A DNA stretch of 20,000 nucleotides, taken from the IMG/VR virus record IMGVR_UViG_3300047322_000758; one strand, written 5' to 3'. The notes below the pieces were generated by a model that worked only from the letters and a program-made list of their open reading frames with translations, searched no databases and was not told the DNA's origin. Shown one piece after another: positions 7,984 to 14,110 of the stretch; position 1 is the first letter of the stretch, and the number at the start of each line of letters is the position of its first letter. Made by a program: the position numbers and the translations under genes. The stretch is from an uncultured virus (IMG/VR IMGVR_UViG_3300047322_000758) (taxonomy: Duplodnaviria; Heunggongvirae; Uroviricota; Caudoviricetes).

Positions 7984-8289
7984 CTAACAGGCCCCCTGTG
8001 TAGTAAGGCAGCCACCGTAGCCAGTCTTCGGAAGCGCCTTCGGCGTCGCGTTGTTTGCTGCGCCCGGCGTGGGCGGTAGTGGAGCTCCAGTCGGCGCTCG
8101 CGTGGGCACTGGCGTTGCGGATGGCCCAGGAGTGCGTGTTGGTGTCGCAGGGGCCGCAGTGGCAGTCCTAGTCGTCGGAATGGGGGTCGTAGCGGTCGGT
8201 GTTGACCCAGCTGGCGGGATTGGCGCTGGTGGCCTGCACCATGGAAGCACGAACAGCAGGATGCTTGCGACGAGTACCGTGCGAATCAT
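7984..8289 (-). CDS. Small exported Pro/Thr-rich protein with an LPKTG motif (101 aa)
   Basis: GGAG SD; hydrophobic N-terminus MIRTVLVASILLFVLPWC; PT/PA-rich body; ends ALPKTGYGGCLTTQGAC. Confidence 0.72.
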   Translation of the reverse strand: MIRTVLVASILLFVLPWCRPPAPIPPAGSTPTATTPIPTTRTATAAPATPTRTPGPSATPVPTRAPTGAPLPPTPGAANNATPKALPKTGYGGCLTTQGAC

Positions 8290-8291
8290 GC

Positions 8292-8860
8292 CTATCTCCG
8301 ATGGCCTGCATGTTGGCTTACGTTCGCATGATATTCGTCAAGCCCCTTGAGGTAGACGAGTCCGCGAGTCAGCCAGTAGTCACGGTTTGGGAGCTTCAGG
8401 AGCTCCCAGACGGGGCAGTGGTAGACGTCGTTGGCGACTCTGAGCCAGGCCCAGTCTGGGGGCTGGTCTCCGATGATGCCGCCGGTTGCGAACCATTGGA
8501 GCCACCGACGGCGTTCGATTCCCCCAGGCGGTAGTCCTCGAGAATGCGCGACCAGAAGTAATAGATGACCTTGCTGCTGATCCTGGCTTCCTTCAGCCCC
8601 TCCATGGTGAGCGGCACCAGCTCAGGGCTGTCCTTCGTCTTTTGGATATCCCATTCCGTGACGGCGGTCAGGAAGAGCGAGTAGATGGGCTCGACGATGC
8701 TTTTGCTCTCCAGATATGCCCGCTGCGTCCGCTCGGCATCCTCATCGAAGTAGTTGGGCCTGTAGGTTATCTTGACTACTTCTCCAGGGAAGCCGATGGG
8801 TTGAGCATCGATCTCCAGGGTGCGCTTGAGCGCGACTATGTCAACGGCTGTTATACCCAA
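8292..8860 (-). CDS. Tail assembly chaperone, -1 frameshifted long form (lambda gpGT-like, about 189 aa)
   Basis: Slippery heptamer G GGG GAA at 8525-8519. The -1 frame continues IERRRWLQWFATGGIIGDQPPDWAWLRVANDVYHCPVWELLKLPNRDYWLTRGLVYLKGLDEYHANVSQHAGHRR to TAG at 8294-8292, 2 nt before the next start. Confidence 0.75.
8396..8860 (-). CDS. Tail assembly chaperone, short form (lambda gpG-like, 154 aa)
   Basis: TTG start with GAGGTG SD; lies between the major tail and tape measure genes; contains a VTEWDI motif; low-complexity Ser/Thr tail after the slippery site. Confidence 0.8.
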   Translation of the reverse strand: MGITAVDIVALKRTLEIDAQPIGFPGEVVKITYRPNYFDEDAERTQRAYLESKSIVEPIYSLFLTAVTEWDIQKTKDSPELVPLTMEGLKEARISSKVIYYFWSRILEDYRLGESNAVGGSNGSQPAASSETSPQTGPGSESPTTSTTAPSGSS

Positions 8861-8871
8861 CGATCACCTCT

Positions 8872-10173
8872 TTATGGACTCGTCACCGCATTCTGCAAAG
8901 TCACCTTGATCGGATATCCGGCCGTCGGGTCGGCAATCAAGACGCACTCGTATCCTATGGCACGCACGCCCTCCTCGGAAGAGAAGGCGTCCGGCTGCCG
9001 GACCTTCAGCGGCATATCGATCTGCAACTTGTACTTCGTGCCGGTCCCCAGCGTCGGTCCACTGGCAAGCAGGCGGCAGTAGAACGTCGTGCCAGCACGC
9101 ATGTAGCCCAGAGGCACCTTGCCGGCGCTGTCGGCCTCCATGACCAGTTTGACGACGGTTTTCGGGACGAGCTCGACGGTAGTCGCGTAGCTCGGGTTCG
9201 AGGTGCGCATTGGCCAGATGGGACCGTAGCGGCCGGTGATGGCTATCTCCAGGGAGAAGTCGCGCTCGAGGTAGGTGGTGCCGATGGACCCGAAGGACGA
9301 GTCGATGAAGACGTCAAGCTGATTGCCGAGAATCGGCATGATAGGCAGTTGGTTCGGAGCGGCGCCCGACCCGAGAGTCGTTTGCGCTACCGTCGCGGCC
9401 GGCGCGGTGCCGCCTGTAAGCAGAGAACCATCGACGGTGATCGGGTTGATAAAGACATGCAGCAGTGCGCTCGCGAACGTCAGGATGTAGCTCGTGCCAG
9501 CGCTTCCGGTGACCAGGACGTTGCCAGTCCCAATGTTCGGGAGCGCCTGCAGGGCAGTCTGGAGAACCGACGTAGCGACGTTGTACACGGACCTGACGGT
9601 AAGGCCGTTATAGGTGATATCGAACGTGCCGCCAGCTGGAGATCCAGTGATGGTGATGGTCTGGACAGCGGTGGCGTTCGGGCCGACGGTGAGCGGCGCC
9701 TCGGTATCCATGAGGGTGCCGATCATCTTGCCCTTGAACGTCGGCGACTTCCGGTTGAACGTCCAGGTGCCGTCAATCAGAAAGGCGTTCATCATCCGCT
9801 CGGCTTCGACAGCGTCGCCGGTCTCAACGGTGAAGAACATGGGCGTATCCGGGCTGTCGAAGCTCGGCTGCATGACGTAGGACTTGCCGCCCGAGATAGT
9901 GCCTGGCGACCCATCAGTCGTCAACAGGCTCGCGAGCATGAACAGCGACTCGTTGTAGTCAACGGGGCCGGACAGGTCAATATCCGTCCATTCCTCATTG
10001 ACGGCCACGAAGTTGGGGAATTTGAAGCCGGAGCCGACAAACTCCTCGGTGGACGTCATGATGTGCGGAGTCGCCTTCAACGTCTGCATGATATGCGTCG
10101 TCGCTACGGGGAGCAGGACGTTGCTCTGCACCCCGAGCTGGAGCCTTTGATCTACATCTATGCGCTCGACCAT
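8872..10173 (-). CDS. Major tail (tube) protein with an internal accessory domain (433 aa)
   Basis: Start moved to ATG 10173, which has a GGAGGG SD 7 nt upstream. Located between the terminator and chaperone genes; beta-rich tube-like sequence (FFTVETGD, LQIDMPLKV, IKVTLQNAV). Confidence 0.85.
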   Translation of the reverse strand: MVERIDVDQRLQLGVQSNVLLPVATTHIMQTLKATPHIMTSTEEFVGSGFKFPNFVAVNEEWTDIDLSGPVDYNESLFMLASLLTTDGSPGTISGGKSYVMQPSFDSPDTPMFFTVETGDAVEAERMMNAFLIDGTWTFNRKSPTFKGKMIGTLMDTEAPLTVGPNATAVQTITITGSPAGGTFDITYNGLTVRSVYNVATSVLQTALQALPNIGTGNVLVTGSAGTSYILTFASALLHVFINPITVDGSLLTGGTAPAATVAQTTLGSGAAPNQLPIMPILGNQLDVFIDSSFGSIGTTYLERDFSLEIAITGRYGPIWPMRTSNPSYATTVELVPKTVVKLVMEADSAGKVPLGYMRAGTTFYCRLLASGPTLGTGTKYKLQIDMPLKVRQPDAFSSEEGVRAIGYECVLIADPTAGYPIKVTLQNAVTSP

Positions 10174-10186
10174 TGCCAATCCCTCC

Positions 10187-10207
10187 GGCGTCCCAAGTTG
10201 GGACGCC
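10187..10207. repeat. Perfect 10-bp inverted repeat directly 5' of the major tail protein SD
   Basis: GGCGTCCCAA-G-TTGGGACGCC on the + strand; no U-tract on either side. Confidence 0.8.
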
Positions 10208-10220
10208 ACCAACTAGGCGC

Positions 10221-10721
10221 CTATATTGCGCTCGCGTGTACACGAAACTCTTGAAGCACGCTGCTCCACTCATCGCCCTGGTCGACACCGCCCCTGGGAC
10301 GAGTGGATTCGCGAACGCAGTCGTAAACAATGCCGCCAGACGTCTCAATGGGCAGATCGCCCCTGGCAGGAACGAGTGTCAGCACGTCATAAATCCTGCG
10401 GATGGCGATCTCGATGGTGGATATCGCCGTGCCAGCGCAGAACGCCTCAACCCGATAGACGCAGTTCACATGGGTCTTGATTGCACCGAACCCTGCCAGC
10501 GCGTCGACGCCGGACACCATGTCGTAGATGACGTATGGCAGCGCGGCTCCGAATGGTGCTCGAGAGCGATAAACGCCCGCGACGTTGCCCATCAGGCGGG
10601 TGTCGCCAAGCATCTGCGCCTGCATCCAGCGCCCGACGAGGAAGATTTCACTGGTATTGAGTGGGAGAAATGGGCTGATGCTGACCGTACCGAGCGGTGG
10701 ATGCGCTGTTGCGTCAGCCAT
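10221..10721 (-). CDS. Tail terminator / tail completion protein (SPP1 gp17/DUF3168-like)
   Basis: Directly upstream of the major tail gene; motif GVYRSRAPFGAALPYVIY; TGATG coupling with the upstream gene. Confidence 0.78.
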   Translation of the reverse strand: MADATAHPPLGTVSISPFLPLNTSEIFLVGRWMQAQMLGDTRLMGNVAGVYRSRAPFGAALPYVIYDMVSGVDALAGFGAIKTHVNCVYRVEAFCAGTAISTIEIAIRRIYDVLTLVPARGDLPIETSGGIVYDCVRESTRPRGGVDQGDEWSSVLQEFRVHASAI

Positions 10722-11140
10722 CAGCCCACCAAGTCGTAGAAGAAGCCCTTGGCGTCTGCCATGACGCTTTCGGCTGCAGGAACAAGGTATGGCTGCGCCT
10801 GCGTATGCAGCGTGCCAAACTCAACGTCGGCGCCGTAATCCTGGCAGGGGCCAATCAACGCTTCATGCGGGCCGGCTGTTGCCTCGTCAAGGAGATGGCC
10901 AGGTCGAAGATCAGATGCAGTACCGGCTGCCTCTGGGTAGGTGCTTTGCTTGGTGGTCGTGACGTAGATGCCCTCGGCGAGGGCTCCAGTCAGCTTCGGA
11001 GCGTTCGAGCTGGCCGTAGAGGCAACCTTCTTGCCGAGCGCAAACAGACGCTCATCAGCAGCCTCGCTTATTGTGGCTGCGAGGCCGTCCAGGATGCTGT
11101 GGACGAGAATGACGCTGACGTTTAAGCCTGCCAAATGCAC
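10721..11140 (-). CDS. HK97 gp10-like tail-component / neck protein
   Basis: Motifs APKLTGALAEGI and YGADVEFGTLHTQAQPYLVPA. Start is GTG 11140 or TTG 11134, with an in-frame TAG five codons upstream of the GTG and no clear SD. Confidence 0.85.
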   Translation of the reverse strand: MHLAGLNVSVILVHSILDGLAATISEAADERLFALGKKVASTASSNAPKLTGALAEGIYVTTTKQSTYPEAAGTASDLRPGHLLDEATAGPHEALIGPCQDYGADVEFGTLHTQAQPYLVPAAESVMADAKGFFYDLVG

Positions 11141-11143
11141 GGG

Positions 11144-11198
11144 TCCGAGAGCCAGCTAAAAACGGGCTCAGTGGATGGCGCAGCTGAATACAGGCGCC
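11144..11198 (-). promoter_or_regulatory. Twin-hairpin element between the Com-like gene and the gp10-like gene
   Basis: Minus strand: GGCGC-CTG-tatt-CAG-ct-GCGCC (11198-11177), 7-nt spacer, GAGCC-cgtttttagct-GGCTC (11169-11149), with a possible TCC/GGA outer extension. Confidence 0.6.
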
Positions 11199-11206
11199 GA
11201 GGAAAT

Positions 11207-11395
11207 CTAGGCTCGGAGTGTCTTCTGCTGTTCCTCCTCGGCCGATTGCTCAGCCATGTGGCGGAGCTCTTCGAGGGTAATGACGTTCAGATGCATCGCT
11301 CCGCGGTGTGGTGAATCTATCACCAGCACGCCATTTTGAATACGTGCGAACGGTAGATCGCAACGACCGCAAATGAGGCTTCGGCGTGACGACAT
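11207..11395 (-). CDS. Small zinc-ribbon protein resembling the phage Mu Com translational regulator (62 aa)
   Basis: GGAG SD. Pattern LICGRCDLPFARIQNGVLVIDSPHRGAMHLNVI parallels the Com layout CxxC...LxIxCxxC..N, with His residues at the second ligand pair. Recognised by pattern only. Confidence 0.6.
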   Translation of the reverse strand: MSSRRSLICGRCDLPFARIQNGVLVIDSPHRGAMHLNVITLEELRHMAEQSAEEEQQKTLRA

Positions 11396-11415
11396 CCGAT
11401 ACTCCAGTCCGATTG

Positions 11416-11424
11416 ATAGTAGCA
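11416..11424 (-). promoter_or_regulatory. Putative extended -10 promoter (TG-C-TACTAT) for the Com-like gene and tail genes
   Basis: TGnTAnnAT match in the 34-nt intergenic gap, 20 nt upstream of ATG 11395, leaving room for the SD. Confidence 0.45.
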
Positions 11425-11429
11425 GGATT

Positions 11430-12440
11430 TCAAGGGCAGGCTATGAGACTCCCCTGTGCCAGAGCTCCATTCAGGAAGTATGCCTGCCGGCAGACGTTCG
11501 GCTGAGGCGTCGGTGATGGTGTGGGCGTGGGCTGATTGCCTACGGTGACGGACACCGATCTTGAAGGAGATATCTGCCCCGTCGCTCCATCGCCAACCCA
11601 CGCGGCAGCGCCATAGGTGCCAGCTGATGTGTATGTGTGAGAGAACACATGCCCCTGCTGCCAGTTCGCCGAGGTGCCGTCCCCATAGGCCACGGCGTAA
11701 TACGGAACTGTCGCCTGTCCAGTGATGGTGAACGTCGCGGTCAGGCCGGTCCCGCTCAGCGAAACAGTCGGTGCCACGAGCCCGGTCGGAGATGGAGTTG
11801 GCGTCGGTGTCGGTGTTCGCGTGGGCGTCGGCTGTGGCGTCGGCGTCGACGGGTCCGCCGTCGACGCGAAGGTCATTGTGTTCATCCAGAAGTTCGGCCA
11901 GGTCGTCGTGCCGTCGTTGTAAATGCCCTCTTCGAAGGAGACTCCGACCGAGACCATGTTCGCGTCGAGCAGGTTGGCGAGGTGCGGTGGGCTATTGACG
12001 TACTGATTGAATGTCGCGGTCGGGTCACCGGACCCGTTGCCGGCGATATTCTCGTCGATGCTCTGCGTCGGGCTCCCGCAGTTCTGCGTGCGGGCCAGCG
12101 TTGCACCGTAGCTGTCATGCGCAAAGACGCCTGTGCTGGCCATTTGCAGGGAGTGGGTGTCGGCGCTGCGCTCGAGGCTGGGCGATACCGATAAGGCGGG
12201 AACGCCGTGGCTGGCACGTAGTTGGTTCGTCATATCAATGACGGCCTGCTCGTTCGCGTTCGGTGTCGAATGCGAAGAGCCGCACACGGTCGTCTCTCGA
12301 GTGCTGGCCGCTGCCGAGAGCGGTGGGCCGACAACGGATGGCGCAGCAGTCTGCCCCACATGCCCCTGCGAGAAGGCGATGTGCGGAGCCAGCACCATCA
12401 CAAACGCCAACAACGCAAACAGCGGAATTAGCTTCTTCAT
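11430..12440 (-). CDS. Secreted CAP (SCP/PR-1) domain protein with Pro/Thr linkers and a PKD-like domain (336 aa; alternative start 12461)
   Basis: Signal peptide MKKLIPLFALLAFVMVLAPHIAFS. CAP motifs NQLRASHGVPAL, HSLQMASTGVFAH, ENIA, NSPPHLANLL and VGVS. PKD-like YGDGT...SHTYTSAGTY. ATGA overlap with the upstream gene. Confidence 0.88.
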   Translation of the reverse strand: MKKLIPLFALLAFVMVLAPHIAFSQGHVGQTAAPSVVGPPLSAAASTRETTVCGSSHSTPNANEQAVIDMTNQLRASHGVPALSVSPSLERSADTHSLQMASTGVFAHDSYGATLARTQNCGSPTQSIDENIAGNGSGDPTATFNQYVNSPPHLANLLDANMVSVGVSFEEGIYNDGTTTWPNFWMNTMTFASTADPSTPTPQPTPTRTPTPTPTPSPTGLVAPTVSLSGTGLTATFTITGQATVPYYAVAYGDGTSANWQQGHVFSHTYTSAGTYGAAAWVGDGATGQISPSRSVSVTVGNQPTPTPSPTPQPNVCRQAYFLNGALAQGSLIACP

Positions 12441-12817
12441 TCGATAACGGACCCGAGCCATCTCTCCGTCGCTCCATAGGTCATCGGGTCTTGCCGAGCT
12501 TCAATGCGAATCGTGAGTCCTGGCAAGACCACGAGATCCTCGATATGCACGTCGATAGGCGAGCCGACCACAATAGATGGATCGATGAAGTCGATGACCC
12601 AGCGGCTATGCGCCTCAACCCTGTCGACGTATTCGCCCAGCTCAGCCGGCATACGGTACGGACTAACGTGCGTTGGAACATCTGTGGCGTAGGTCACCGG
12701 CGCCTGAGTACGACCGCCCATATTGTCGGAAGTGCTGGATGGACGCTGAAGCGTGGCACGGTCCCTGAGAAACCTGGAGGCCCGGCGAGCCGCATGGTCC
12801 TGATGTGGAAGCGTCAT
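12437..12817 (-). CDS. Head closure / stopper protein (SPP1 gp16-like)
   Basis: Follows the adaptor with an ATGA overlap; ATLQRPSSTSDNMGG beta-hairpin motif; 126 aa. Confidence 0.7.
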   Translation of the reverse strand: MTLPHQDHAARRASRFLRDRATLQRPSSTSDNMGGRTQAPVTYATDVPTHVSPYRMPAELGEYVDRVEAHSRWVIDFIDPSIVVGSPIDVHIEDLVVLPGLTIRIEARQDPMTYGATERWLGSVIE

Positions 12818-13233
12818 AGCATCCGCAAGCCATTGGCAAGCCTGAATGTCGATGCCCTGTTCGCCTCGAACGGATTGAGTCCGAGCAGGACGTCCACAAT
12901 CTCGTCACCACGGTTCATGAGGATGGAACCCAGCATCATCCAATCGACCTGATTGGACATGCTGCGTGAGTCCCCGAACTGCTCCATGGTGTAGCGCGAG
13001 AGCTGCGGGCTCAGCATCGCCGCCAGGTAGTAGATGCAGGCGTTCTTGCTCTCCTGCGACGTCAGGTCCACCGCAGGATTTGCGCCTGCAACCCGCGTGA
13101 GAAAGCGGTTCTCCGCCTCACCCTGGAAGATGGAGAGCTCAATGGTAGCGTCGGGCAGCACCGTGGCATCAAGTTCGATGTCCAGTGCTGCCCGAACGGC
13201 AGCCCAATCAGAGGTATCGAGGATAGGAGGCAT
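12814..13233 (-). CDS. Head-tail adaptor (SPP1 gp15/HK97 gp6-like)
   Basis: Helical pattern AAVRAALD...LPDATI...KNACIYYLAAML; position after the capsid genes; 139 aa. Confidence 0.7.
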   Translation of the reverse strand: MPPILDTSDWAAVRAALDIELDATVLPDATIELSIFQGEAENRFLTRVAGANPAVDLTSQESKNACIYYLAAMLSPQLSRYTMEQFGDSRSMSNQVDWMMLGSILMNRGDEIVDVLLGLNPFEANRASTFRLANGLRML

Positions 13234-13572
13234 TTATCTCCGTCTGGTTCTCGTCGGTTCGGAGGCTTCTTCCTCCTCTTCCTCTTCCTCTTCTTCGTCG
13301 TCCAGTGTCACCTCTTCAGTGCGAATCGGTGACGTGTCGTCGGGGCCATCGCACTGCTCAATCTGACGCAGTGAAATCTGCGCGTCGACCATGGGCGTTC
13401 GAGCTACGAGCACGGGAGTAGGCCCACAGACAAACACCTCGTTCGTTGCACCGGGATGCTGCTTGTGGCGCTCGTACAGGCCGATGCGATAGCCACCGTC
13501 ATGCATCTGGCGGGCAGTCCCACGGACCCATATCTTCGAGTAGGTCTTCTCCCGTTTCCTTCGCTCTGCCAT
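13234..13572 (-). CDS. Hypothetical head-module protein with an acidic poly-Glu C-terminal tract (112 aa)
   Basis: AAGGAGG SD; stop abuts the adaptor start; ends DDEEEEEEEEEEASEPTRTRRR. Confidence 0.75.
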   Translation of the reverse strand: MAERRKREKTYSKIWVRGTARQMHDGGYRIGLYERHKQHPGATNEVFVCGPTPVLVARTPMVDAQISLRQIEQCDGPDDTSPIRTEEVTLDDEEEEEEEEEEASEPTRTRRR

Positions 13573-13596
13573 ATACCCTCCTTCAGAGATGTGTGG

Positions 13597-14085
13597 CTAG
13601 GTCAATGCGCCGGTCGTCGTGATGGTCACGAACAGGCCGGTCCCAGCGGTGCCGGAGCCGATCTGATCGATATCCACCGTGATGCGGTCTCCGGCTGTCA
13701 GTGCCACGATATCAGGCAGCGTGGTCGAACTGGCGTGCGCCGAGGTCGCAATCGTCGGCCGGTTGCCCTGCGTCGTGAACACCGTGGTGCCGTTCTGATT
13801 GACATCAATGATGAAACTCGACGTCGTCGGAGCCGTCTCCAGATAGGCGCGGATGTCGACGATCGTCTCGTTCTTACCAATCAGAAACGCGAGCTTCTCT
13901 ACTCCGGTCGTCTGCGCACCGGCAATGTAGAAGCAGTGGTCAATCTGGCCCGAGACAAGGCCGCCGGCATTGGCAGCAAGTGCCGCTGCAGGAACGGTCC
14001 CGTCCTTGATCTGTGCGCCGTCGAACTTCACGCCAAGGATGAGTTCATCCAGGTTCGTGACCCTCGACGTCTGTGGTGTCGTCAT
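13597..14085 (-). CDS. Putative head fibre / decoration protein (162 aa)
   Basis: AAGGAGGAGG SD; immediately after the capsid gene. A short stalk-like repeat (IKDGTVPAAALAA) precedes a beta-sandwich (TAPTTSSFIIDVNQNGTTVF...AGDRITVDIDQIGS) of a type seen at phage fibre tips. Confidence 0.6.
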   Translation of the reverse strand: MTTPQTSRVTNLDELILGVKFDGAQIKDGTVPAAALAANAGGLVSGQIDHCFYIAGAQTTGVEKLAFLIGKNETIVDIRAYLETAPTTSSFIIDVNQNGTTVFTTQGNRPTIATSAHASSTTLPDIVALTAGDRITVDIDQIGSGTAGTGLFVTITTTGALT

Positions 14086-14110
14086 GAAGCCTCCTCCTTA
14101 CGAGTGGCCG

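Noticed and set aside
7984..8289. Canonical sortase-anchored protein or lipoprotein
   Set aside because: No transmembrane helix or basic tail after LPKTG, and LPWC is a poor lipobox match; kept only as an atypical finding.
10187..10207. Inverted repeat as an intrinsic terminator
   Set aside because: No U-tract follows on either strand, and it sits directly before a strong SD within the operon.
10174..10212. Track start at 10212 for the major tail protein, and the long starts at 18014 and 18435
   Set aside because: Downstream starts (10173, 17921, 18255) have clear SD sites and avoid hairpins or large overlaps.
11790..11855. Short tandem repeats suggesting a CRISPR array or VNTR
   Set aside because: They are Pro-Thr linker codons within the CAP gene; there is no repeat-spacer structure and no cas gene.
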